IMG/VR virus record: IMGVR_UViG_2690316233_000001
Direction: 5' to 3' (one strand)
Source of the DNA: a virus
Taxonomy: Duplodnaviria > Heunggongvirae > Uroviricota > Caudoviricetes
DNA length: 8,137 nt
A model generated the notes under the pieces. It saw nothing but the letters and a program-made list of their open reading frames with translations. It searched no databases and was not told the origin of the DNA. This document shows, piece after piece, positions 1 to 6,964 of this stretch (the stretch's first letter is position 1; every line of letters starts with the position of its first letter). The translations under genes were made by a program, and so were the position numbers.

Positions 1-912
<912 letters not shown>

Positions 913-916
<4 letters not shown>

Positions 917-1698
917 GCTGCCACCTTCTGCTCTGCGGCTTTCTGTTTCAGGAATCCAAGAGCTTTCACTGCTTCGGCCTGTGTCAGTTCTGACGATGCG
1001 CGAATGTCGCGGCGAAATATCTGGGAACAGAGCGGCAATAAGTCGTCATCCCATGTTTTATCCAGGGCGATCAGCAGAGTGTTAATCTCCTGCATGGTTT
1101 CATCGTTTACCGGAGTGATGTCGCGTTCCGGCTGGCGTTCTGCAGTGTATGCGGTATTTTCGACAATGCGCTCGGCTTCATCCTTGTCATAGATACCAGC
1201 AAATCCGAAGGCCAGGCGGGCACACTGAATCATGGCTTTATGCCGTAACATCCGTTTGGGATGCGACTGCCACGGCCCCGTGATTTCTCTGCCTTCGCGG
1301 GTTTTGAATGGTTCGCGGCGGCATTCATCCATCCATTCGGTAACGCAGATCGGATGATTACGGTCCTTGCGGTAAATACGGCATGTGCAGGATTCGTTGT
1401 CCTGTTCAAAGTCCATGCCATCAAACTGCTGGTTTTCATTGATGATGCGGGACCAGCCATCAACGCCCACTACCGGAACGATGCCATTCTGCTTATCAGG
1501 AAAGGCGTAAATTTCTTTCGTCCACGGATTAAGGCCGTACTGGTTGGCAACGATCAGTAATGCGATGAACTGCGCATCGCTGGCATCACCTTTAAATGCC
1601 GTCTGGCGAAGAGTGGTGATCAGTTCCTGTGGGTCGACAGAATCCATGCCGACACGTTCAGCCAGCTTCCCAGCCAGCGTTGCGAGTGCTGTACTCAT
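913..1698 (-). CDS. bet: Red beta single-strand annealing protein
   Basis: 261-aa ORF ([59 protein letters not shown]...) matches lambda Bet in sequence and length; position between gam and exo is conserved. Confidence 0.96.
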
Positions 1699-1703
1699 CC
1701 GTT

Positions 1704-2120
1704 TTATACCTCTGAATCAATATCAACCTGATGGTGAGCAATGGTTTCAACCATGTACCGGATGTGTTCTGCCATGCGCTCCTGAAACTCAACATCGTCA
1801 TCAAACGCACGGGTAATGGCTTTTTTGCTGGCCCCGTGGCGTTGCAAATGATCGATGCATAGCGATTCAAACAGGTGCTGGGGCAGGCCTTTTTCCATGT
1901 CGTCTGCCAGTTCTGCCTCTTTCTCTTCACGGGCGATCTGCTGGTAGTGACGCGCCCAGCTCTGAGCCTCAAGACGATCCTGAATGTAATAAGCGTTCAT
2001 GGCCGAACTCCTGAAATAGCTGTGAAAATATCGCCCGCGAAATGCCGGGCTGATTAGGAAAACAGGAAAGGGGGTTAGTGAATGCTTTTGCTTGATCTCA
2101 GTTTCAGTATTAATATCCAT
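1704..2120 (-). CDS. gam: Gam, RecBCD inhibitor (long 138-aa form; the internal Met at MNAYYIQ, nt 2000, would give the short form)
   Basis: 138-aa ORF ([55 protein letters not shown]...) matches lambda Gam; 5' end overlaps kil as in lambda. Confidence 0.94.
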   Translation of the reverse strand: MDINTETEIKQKHSLTPFPVFLISPAFRGRYFHSYFRSSAMNAYYIQDRLEAQSWARHYQQIAREEKEAELADDMEKGLPQHLFESLCIDHLQRHGASKKAITRAFDDDVEFQERMAEHIRYMVETIAHHQVDIDSEV

Positions 2121-2218
2121 TTTTTATAAGCGTCGACGGCCTCACGAAACATCTTTTCATCGCCAATAAAAGTGGCAATAGTGAATTTTGTCTGGATAGC
2201 CATAAGTTTTTTATCCAT
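2075..2218 (-). CDS. kil: Kil, host cell-division (FtsZ) inhibitor, 47 aa
   Basis: Internal Met of track ORF 2075..2344 gives [47 protein letters not shown], same length and position as lambda kil. The upstream part of the track ORF is cIII read out of frame, so the 47-aa form is the real gene. Confidence 0.8.
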   Translation of the reverse strand: MDKKLMAIQTKFTIATFIGDEKMFREAVDAYKKWILILKLRSSKSIH

Positions 2219-2351
2219 TTTTGGGGACTCCTGGCTGATTAAGTATGTCGATAAGGCGTTTCCATCCGTCACGTAATTTACGGGTGATTCGTTCAAGTAA
2301 AGATTCGGAAGGGCAGCCAGCAACAGGCCACCCTGCAATGGCATATTGCAT
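2211..2351 (-). CDS. cIII: CIII, FtsH (HflB) protease inhibitor that stabilises CII; 46-aa variant
   Basis: Hand translation of the minus strand from the ATG at 2351 gives [46 protein letters not shown] then TAA. This matches lambda CIII through residue 46; lambda continues 8 more residues as I recall. Overlaps the kil start by 8 nt. Not in the ORF track, presumably because it is under the length cutoff. Confidence 0.8.
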   Translation of the reverse strand: MQYAIAGWPVAGCPSESLLERITRKLRDGWKRLIDILNQPGVPKNG

Positions 2352-2423
2352 GGTGTGCTCCTTATTTATACATAACGAAAAACGCCTCGAGTGAAGCGTA
2401 ATTGGTATGCGGTAACGCCGCGC

Positions 2424-2792
2424 TCAGGCGGCTTTGATAGTCATATCATCTGGATCAAATATTCCTGATGTATCGATATCGGTAATTCTTATTCCTTCGC
2501 TACCATCCATTGGAGGCCATCCTTCCTGACCATTTCCATCATTCCAGTCGAACTCACACACAACACCATATGCATTTAAGTCGCTTGAAATTGCTATAAG
2601 CAGAGCATGTTGCGCCAGCATGATTAATACAGCATTTAATACAGAGCCGTGTTTATTGAGTCGGTATTCAGAGTCTGACCAGAAATTATTAATCTGGTGA
2701 AGTTTTTCCTCTGTCATTACGTCATGGTCGATTTCAATTTCCATTGATGCTTTCCAGTCGCAATCAATGATGTATTTTTTGATGTTTGACAT
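2424..2792 (-). CDS. ea10: Ea10 (lambda early-left protein, putative ssDNA-binding protein)
   Basis: 122-aa ORF (MSNIKKYIIDCDWKASMEIEIDHDVMTEEKLHQINNFWSDSEYRLNKHGSV...) matches lambda Ea10 as I recall it, in the same position between cIII and ral. Confidence 0.85.
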   Translation of the reverse strand: MSNIKKYIIDCDWKASMEIEIDHDVMTEEKLHQINNFWSDSEYRLNKHGSVLNAVLIMLAQHALLIAISSDLNAYGVVCEFDWNDGNGQEGWPPMDGSEGIRITDIDTSGIFDPDDMTIKAA

Positions 2793-2801
2793 CTATTCAT
2801 A

Positions 2802-2828
2802 TCCTCATAGATAAAAAATCGCCCTCAC
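2802..2828 (-). terminator. Intrinsic-terminator-like hairpin (tL2-like) between ral and ea10
   Basis: Stem GCCCTC (2811-2816) / GAGGGC (2823-2828) with a 6-nt loop; on the minus strand the hairpin is followed by a U-run (plus-strand AAAAAA at 2803-2808). Confidence 0.5.
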
Positions 2829-2974
2829 ACTGGAGGGCAAAGAAGATTTCCAATAATCAGAACAAGTCGGCTCCTGTTTAGTTACGAGCGACATTGCTCC
2901 GTGTATTCACTCGTTGGAATGAATACACAGTGCAGTGTTTATTCTGTTATTTATGCCAAAAATAAAGGTCACTA

Positions 2975-3175
2975 TCAGGCAGCTTTGTTGTTCTGTTTAC
3001 CAAGTTCTCTGGCAATCATTGCCGTCGTTCGTATTGCCCATTTATCGACATATTTCCCATCTTCCATTACAGGAAACATTTCTTCAGGCTTAACCATGCA
3101 TTCCGATTGCAGCTTGCATCCATTGCATCGCTTGAATTGTCCACACCATTGATTTTTATCAATAGTCGTAGTCAT
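2975..3175 (-). CDS. ral: Ral, restriction-alleviation protein (modulates host EcoK type I R-M)
   Basis: 66-aa ORF MTTTIDKNQWCGQFKRCNGCKLQSECMVKPEEMFPVMEDGKYVDKWAIRTTAMIARELGKQNNKAA matches lambda Ral. Confidence 0.9.
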   Translation of the reverse strand: MTTTIDKNQWCGQFKRCNGCKLQSECMVKPEEMFPVMEDGKYVDKWAIRTTAMIARELGKQNNKAA

Positions 3176-3245
3176 ACGGATAGTCCTGGTATTGTTCCAT
3201 CACATCCTGAGGATGCTCTTCGAACTCTTCAAATTCTTCTTCCAT
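3159..3245 (-). CDS. orf28-like small ORF (28 aa, acidic) upstream of ral
   Basis: Hand translation from the ATG at 3245: MEEEFEEFEEHPQDVMEQYQDYPYDYDY then stop. Same position and length as lambda orf28; overlaps the ral start. Whether it is translated is unknown. Confidence 0.45.
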   Translation of the reverse strand: MEEEFEEFEEHPQDVMEQYQDYPYDYDY

Positions 3246-3445
3246 ATATCACCTCAAATAAGTTGTTTGCTGCGAAAGTAAATACGCTTAAGTTACCTGT
3301 TATTTATCCCACCAAGTTCCGTATCTATCTATCCAGTTACACCAATCATCGACACTCCATTTTGTTGTGTCGCATTTTTGCAACTGGCATGAATATCTAC
3401 CTTCTTTGTAAAGTCGGCGTTTGACTTTCTTGAGCATGGCTCACC

Positions 3446-3700
3446 TCAATCGTAATAAGCTGGAATTGATTTTCCGCGTTGCTTCTGGCAGCGAAGGCTT
3501 CCGAGTGATATTGCTTTTTCAGAAAGGCTTAAACGTTTTCTCGGGGCTTCCTGAACAGGTTCCTCACTGTCTGTGCCGAAGATCGAATCGATGATGTTGC
3601 ATATAGCATCACGCTCGATAGCCAGCTTTCTGCGCCGCTCATGACGGCGAGTTTTGGCATTTCCTGCAAATGTTGATTTCCCGTACACGATTACCGTCAT
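3446..3700 (-). CDS. N: N-family transcription antiterminator, P22 gene-24-type (arginine-rich motif at N-terminus)
   Basis: Track ORF 3446..3784; the internal Met at 3700 gives MTVIVYGKSTFAGNAKTRRHERRRKLAIERD..., which resembles the P22 gp24 N-terminus and arginine-rich motif as I recall it. A strong Shine-Dalgarno GAGGAA lies 6 nt upstream of this ATG. The C-terminus (...QKQRGKSIPAYYD) resembles the lambda N C-terminus (...GKSIPLI). The upstream 28 in-frame codons have no RBS and are probably not translated. Confidence 0.8.
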   Translation of the reverse strand: MTVIVYGKSTFAGNAKTRRHERRRKLAIERDAICNIIDSIFGTDSEEPVQEAPRKRLSLSEKAISLGSLRCQKQRGKSIPAYYD

Positions 3701-3819
3701 GATGTTTTCCTCATGTGAAATGGCTTTGGGGGTGATGTGCCAGATGCTGATCTTCTGGTTGCTGTCGTTGCAGCTGCAATTCACATCACCGCCAAATCCA
3801 TCTCGTTTGGTATCTGTTT

Positions 3820-3853
3820 GCGCTTTGTCAGCGCCCCATCGAAGTTAAAGAGC
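3820..3853 (-). promoter_or_regulatory. nutL site: boxA-like (3845-3853) and boxB hairpin (3820-3834), P22 type
   Basis: Minus strand reads GGCTCTTTAACTTCGATGGGGCGCTGACAAAGCGCAAAC. GCTCTTTAA fits the boxA consensus CGCTCTTTA with one mismatch; GCGCTGACAAAGCGC is a perfect 5-bp stem with a 5-nt loop and is the P22 nutL boxB sequence as I recall it. Lies between the presumed pL and the N start. Confidence 0.75.
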
Positions 3854-3859
3854 CTGCCA

Positions 3860-4010
3860 ATCTGTTCCGTTTGGCTGCCAGCATCCTGCTGACGGCGATA
3901 ATAATGAACTAATGGTTCGATATTATCAAGAACTGCAAGTACGAGATTTTGCAACTCTTTAATTTTATTAGATAAGTTTTTGATATGTAATGAAATTTAT
4001 TTTTGCAAAG
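3860..4010 (-). promoter_or_regulatory. pL promoter / OL operator region (exact -35/-10 not resolved)
   Basis: AT-rich region upstream of nutL and N. Contains TTGCAA hexamers (3948-3953 and about 4004-4009) and an ACTGCAAGTACGA motif (3932-3944) that also occurs in the cI-cro intergenic region. I could not find a -35/-10 pair with canonical spacing. Confidence 0.45.
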
Positions 4011-4120
4011 ATTGAAGATTGGTCTGTAGGGGAGAAAGGACTGTATTGCTGGCGTGTTAGTTCGTGGGTTAGCACATATGCGGATGTTAAATAGGGGAGG
4101 CGAACGTGAGGTAAAGAAAA

Positions 4121-4143
4121 CCCGGCGCAGAGGCCGGGTTTTT
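4121..4143. terminator. Bidirectional rho-independent terminator (tImm-like) between the repressor operon and pL
   Basis: Stem CCCGGC (4121-4126) / GCCGGG (4133-4138) with loop GCAGAG. Followed by TTTTT on the plus strand (4139-4143) and preceded by AAAA (4117-4120), which gives a U-tract on the minus strand, directly after the stop of the 258-aa gene at 4144. Confidence 0.7.
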
Positions 4144-4920
4144 CTAGGCTACCAGAGAGTCAATCCAAGAGTCTCTGGTATGGAATGGCAACACTCGTGC
4201 GGTATCATTAAATAGTAGTGATAGTTGCTGTAGCTCAGGTGTTAACCCATCGCTGTCAACTATTACAAATCTATTGTTTATGTCAGGAACGACCTGACTT
4301 AAGTCAACAATCTTCCCAACTGTTGAGTGGGCAGTATTCCATCCTTTACTGCTGGCAAGGCTTACCGTAAACCCGCGTTTTGGTGGTATTAGTCGAGACT
4401 CATTCCTTAGCGTTAACGGAACAGTAATGTTATGCCCACTAATACCTTTCACTTTTTCCTTTAAGGCTAGTCGCTTCCCAAGCCCTGCTGATTTTAAGTA
4501 ACTGATTACACATTTTTCGAACTTATCGTCTTTGACCTCAGCATACCAATCAGCAGTTTGGGCGGATGCAAGAATCCCACCACGAATAACATTTGCAGTT
4601 ACCTGTCCAACGGACGACTCATCTGCCCACGCAGATATCTCTCCAGAGTCATTTAATGAAATTCCTTGCGAAGCGAGTGATGACCTGATCAGATCAATTT
4701 TCTTTTTAGTCAGGTGGATGCCGCGTGATTCAATATTCATCAATGTATCGCAGTAGTCTGTAACCCTATACTGACCACTCATCTCTTGAACGAATACGCT
4801 TATCTGCTCACAATCATCGTAGTATGTGAAGGGACTAATAACGCGCAGCAACGTGTCGCTCATTGGGTGGCATTCAAACCCGAGCTTAGATATGACTGTT
4901 GAACACGTTACATTTCCCAT
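4144..4920 (-). CDS. Hypothetical protein, 258 aa; distal gene of a two-gene module downstream of cI; candidate exclusion/defence protein
   Basis: Long uninterrupted ORF (MGNVTCSTVISKLGFECHPMSDTLLRV...RDSWIDSLVA). Its start overlaps the 3' end of the upstream 180-aa ORF by 13 nt, suggesting translational coupling. No long hydrophobic segments, so probably soluble. I recognise no family. The start codon is uncertain: weak RBS, and Met20 at 4863 is an alternative. Confidence 0.65.
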   Translation of the reverse strand: MGNVTCSTVISKLGFECHPMSDTLLRVISPFTYYDDCEQISVFVQEMSGQYRVTDYCDTLMNIESRGIHLTKKKIDLIRSSLASQGISLNDSGEISAWADESSVGQVTANVIRGGILASAQTADWYAEVKDDKFEKCVISYLKSAGLGKRLALKEKVKGISGHNITVPLTLRNESRLIPPKRGFTVSLASSKGWNTAHSTVGKIVDLSQVVPDINNRFVIVDSDGLTPELQQLSLLFNDTARVLPFHTRDSWIDSLVA

Positions 4921-5450
4921 GATAGCTGACCTGATTTATCTTGATTCGGTAAAGGTGGGCTGCCTTCATATATGATATTAAGCGCCTCGCAAAAATAATT
5001 CCAGTAGCCAAAAAAATCATCTGGCTTGATGTTCGTTTCAAGCTTGAGTGCAATTTCTTCCCCAGCTGATTCGAAGTACATGTGATAGTGAGGACCTCGA
5101 GCCACCTCAACAAAATCTGGATGGTGCACTATAGATTTATTACGGTGTGACTTGTTATGCGCAGGGTACGGGTCAAGCGCGTAAATGCGCCTGTCATGAA
5201 GAAACATCACAAATGAAAGCTTCACTATATCCACCCCTTCAACGATAGGAGAACGCCAGTGAAGCATAAATCTTATGCCTGTGATTGGGTTGCCAATTTC
5301 ATCAAAAGCTTTGAGATCCAATTTAAACCAGATTGGGGTTCGTCCCTCACTTCCGGTCCACGAAACTCCGCTAAAAGTTACTTTTTTCAAGCGAGTAATA
5401 GCTTGGTCAACCTCTTTCTGGGTAGGCTTAAAGTCGCCTTTTTTAGCCAC
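4908..5450 (-). CDS. Hypothetical protein, 180 aa; proximal gene of the two-gene module downstream of cI; candidate exclusion/defence protein
   Basis: ORF (MAKKGDFKPTQKEVDQAITRLKK...IVHHPDFVEVARGPHYHMYFES...SGQLSWEM). The start codon at 5450 is GTG, with a GGTGA Shine-Dalgarno-like sequence about 9 nt upstream and an in-frame stop at 5460-5462 that bounds the N-terminus. Contains a histidine-rich stretch (HHPDF...HYHMYF). No long hydrophobic segments. I recognise no family. Confidence 0.6.
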   Translation of the reverse strand: MAKKGDFKPTQKEVDQAITRLKKVTFSGVSWTGSEGRTPIWFKLDLKAFDEIGNPITGIRFMLHWRSPIVEGVDIVKLSFVMFLHDRRIYALDPYPAHNKSHRNKSIVHHPDFVEVARGPHYHMYFESAGEEIALKLETNIKPDDFFGYWNYFCEALNIIYEGSPPLPNQDKSGQLSWEM

Positions 5451-5547
5451 TGATTCGTATCACCATGAAAGTTATTGTTAATACCTATGCTTCTTGTCAC
5501 CCAAACGTCTCTTCAGGCCATTGGTTACCAGCTATGTGACGATGAAG

Positions 5548-6255
5548 TCACGAACTTTTAATCCATTCCCTTGCCTCGATGTCATCTAGGTGGCGAGATT
5601 GCTTCAAAATACCAGCCACATACTCCACCTTTGCTACTTGATGATAAGGCAACGTTATTGGCCTGTGGTCTTGATTGATGCTTGTAAATTGGTATTCTCC
5701 GTCTCTGTCATAGCCAAGAACCTTGATCATGTTGTGCCCTTCAATGGTTCTGACAAACACTTCATCACCTGGGAATACTTTGGTGTTAGGCTCAATGAGT
5801 ACATATTCTCCTGATTTAATTCTGGGCCACATGCTGTCTCCTTTTACACGAAGACCAAAGGCATCTGGATCATCGCTATAAATCTTGAGCCACCCATCGC
5901 GCTCTTCGGTCATCTCGATGGCACCATCAACACCAAGAATTGCCTCACCAACCACGCGCACTAACCCTTTTTTTAATTTGCCAACAATTGAAAAAGTATC
6001 TTCATCATTCGCTCCATTTAACGAAGTGCCGTGCTGAAGCCAAACAACATCAACGTTTAGAAATTTCGCAAGCGCATTCATTTTTTCCTGGCGTGGTAAA
6101 GACTCAGCATTAAACCATTTGCTAACGCCTTTGGACGAAAGAGAAAGGGCACGGGCTATGGCCATTCCCCTACCATGTTCATCAAGACCAGCTTCTTTAC
6201 AGGCTTGCGCTAGCCGCTGGGCGAATTCTTTGCGCACTTTTTCATTCTGAACCAT
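5548..6255 (-). CDS. cI: CI-type prophage repressor (N-terminal HTH, C-terminal S24/LexA-like autopeptidase domain)
   Basis: 235-aa ORF with a helix-turn-helix region (RLAQACKEAGLDEHGRGMAIARALSLSSKGVSKWFNAE) and a C-terminal VKGDSMWP...IKVLG region typical of LexA/CI self-cleaving repressors (Ser in GDSM, Lys downstream). Divergently oriented to cro. Not the lambda, 434 or P22 c2 sequence. Confidence 0.9.
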   Translation of the reverse strand: MVQNEKVRKEFAQRLAQACKEAGLDEHGRGMAIARALSLSSKGVSKWFNAESLPRQEKMNALAKFLNVDVVWLQHGTSLNGANDEDTFSIVGKLKKGLVRVVGEAILGVDGAIEMTEERDGWLKIYSDDPDAFGLRVKGDSMWPRIKSGEYVLIEPNTKVFPGDEVFVRTIEGHNMIKVLGYDRDGEYQFTSINQDHRPITLPYHQVAKVEYVAGILKQSRHLDDIEAREWIKSS

Positions 6256-6333
6256 GAGTACGATACTAAAGCACTTGCAAAAACTTTCAGTTCAATCATA
6301 ATGCGTACTGAAAGTACGAAAAAGGGTATTCCT
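6256..6333. promoter_or_regulatory. OR region: pR promoter (-35 TTGCAA 6274-6279, -10 CATAAT 6297-6302, 17-bp spacer), pRM, and operator repeats
   Basis: The pR hexamers are near consensus with a 17-bp spacer and point into cro. A 15-bp imperfect palindrome CGTACTGAAAGTACG (6304-6318) lies just downstream of the pR -10. The heptamer AGTACGA recurs at 6257-6263, 6313-6319 and in OL at 3938-3944. On the minus strand a -10-like TAGTAT (6263-6268) ends 7 nt before the cI ATG with no SD, suggesting a leaderless cI mRNA as for lambda pRM. Confidence 0.6.
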
Positions 6334-6561
6334 ATGCAAAATCTTGATGAGCCGATTAAAGGTGTCGGCATCCCTGAAGTTGCGAAGGCTTGTGGAGTTA
6401 GCGAAAGGGCTGTCTATAAGTGGCTCAAAAACGGCTTCCTCCCTAAGACTGAGTTTTTTGGGAAAACTAAATACGCATCAAAAATCGAAGAGATTTCTGG
6501 TGGCAAATATCAAGCAAGCGAAATGCTTGAAATAAGCAAAAAGAACCTTCTGGCTGCATAA
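6334..6561 (+). CDS. cro: Cro-like repressor (HTH), 75 aa
   Basis: Track ORF 6301..6561; the ATG at 6301 lies inside the pR -10, so the likely start is the ATG at 6334, preceded by AAAAAGGG. Product MQNLDEPIKGVGIPEVAKACGVSERAVYKWLKNGFLPK... has a clear HTH; it is the first gene rightward of the repressor gene. Confidence 0.8.
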   Translation: MQNLDEPIKGVGIPEVAKACGVSERAVYKWLKNGFLPKTEFFGKTKYASKIEEISGGKYQASEMLEISKKNLLAA

Positions 6562-6568
6562 GTAACAC

Positions 6569-6603
6569 CGCTCTTTATCAATCTGCACCGCCGACAACGC
6601 GGT
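6569..6603 (+). promoter_or_regulatory. nutR site: boxA CGCTCTTTA (6569-6577) and boxB ACCGCCGACAACGCGGT (6587-6603), P22 type
   Basis: Perfect boxA consensus followed at lambdoid spacing by a hairpin (stem CCGCC/GCGG-like, loop GACAA) that matches the P22 nutR boxB as I recall it. Lies immediately after the cro stop. Same specificity class as nutL and the N protein in this window. Confidence 0.75.
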
Positions 6604-6614
6604 AACTAATTAAG

Positions 6615-6648
6615 CACTCATCGAAAGATGAGTGTTAGTGATTATTTA
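6615..6648 (+). terminator. tR1-like intrinsic terminator between nutR and cII
   Basis: Perfect 8-bp stem CACTCATC (6615-6622) / GATGAGTG (6627-6634) with GAAA tetraloop, followed by the T-rich tract TTAGTGATTATTT. Confidence 0.6.
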
Positions 6649-6667
6649 CCTATGGGAATAGTAAGAA

Positions 6668-6964
6668 ATGACACAAACAAGTTACAGCAAACTATCACAG
6701 CGCGACGTTGATCGCGCAGAAACAGATTTACTCATCAACCTGTCAACGCTTACCCAGCGCGGTCTGGCAAAGATGATTGGCTGTCATGAATCGAAGATAA
6801 GCAGAACAGACTGGAGGTTTATTGCTTCGGTCTTGTGTGCTTTCGGAATGGCATCAGACATCAGTCCGATTAGTAGGGCTTTTAAGTATGCGCTTGATGA
6901 AATCACAAAGAAAAAACGCCCGGCGGCAACCGAGCGTTCTGAACAAATCCAGATGGAATTCTGA
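6668..6964 (+). CDS. cII: CII-type lysogeny establishment activator (chimeric: divergent N-terminal/HTH part, lambda-identical C-terminus)
   Basis: 98-aa ORF MTQTSYSKLSQRDVDRAETDLLINLSTLTQRGLAKMIGCHESKISR... ending ...KKRPAATERSEQIQMEF, which is the lambda CII C-terminus as I recall it. HTH in the middle; located between cro/tR1 and O. Confidence 0.85.
   Translation: MTQTSYSKLSQRDVDRAETDLLINLSTLTQRGLAKMIGCHESKISRTDWRFIASVLCAFGMASDISPISRAFKYALDEITKKKRPAATERSEQIQMEF

Noticed and set aside
1230-1972. ORFs 1230..1463 (-), 1261..1560 (+), 1544..1816 (+), 1658..1972 (-) and 1875..2057 (+)
   Set aside because: They overlap bet or gam in alternative frames or on the opposite strand. The translations are low-complexity or Arg/Ser-rich, typical of out-of-frame reads through real genes.
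2219-2344. N-terminal extension of the kil track ORF (the 89-aa form starting MPLQGGLLL...)
   Set aside because: That stretch is the cIII gene read in another frame. Lambda kil is the 47-aa product from the internal ATG at 2218, which I adopt.
3107-3424. Plus-strand 105-aa ORF (MQLASIASLELSTPLIFINSRSHTDSPG...)
   Set aside because: It is antisense to ral and orf28, with an implausible composition. This is also where one might look for sieB, but the product does not resemble a membrane protein, so I do not call it.
3701-3784. 28-codon in-frame extension upstream of the N start (MNCSCNDSNQKISIWHITPKAISHEENI)
   Set aside because: The strong SD (GAGGAA) sits 6 nt upstream of the internal ATG at 3700, and the arginine-rich motif must be near the N-terminus. 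The extension would also overlap the nut-to-N leader.
3654-3848. Plus-strand 64-aa ORF overlapping the N gene and nutL
   Set aside because: Antisense to N and nutL, with no supporting signals.
4532-5481. ORFs 4532..4756 (+), 4886..5113 (-), 5259..5453 (+) and 5275..5481 (+)
   Set aside because: They are embedded in, or antisense to, the two long minus-strand ORFs of the candidate module. They are short and lack start context, so I treat them as noise, though antisense small ORFs cannot be strictly excluded.
5590-5814. Plus-strand 74-aa ORF inside cI
   Set aside because: Antisense to the well-supported repressor gene.
6301-6333. Longer cro start at the ATG at 6301 (86-aa form), and the overlapping ORF 6344..6535 (+)
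   Set aside because: The ATG at 6301 lies within the pR -10 hexamer and so would not be in the transcript. The ATG at 6334 has an upstream purine-rich RBS. ORF 6344..6535 is cro read out of frame.
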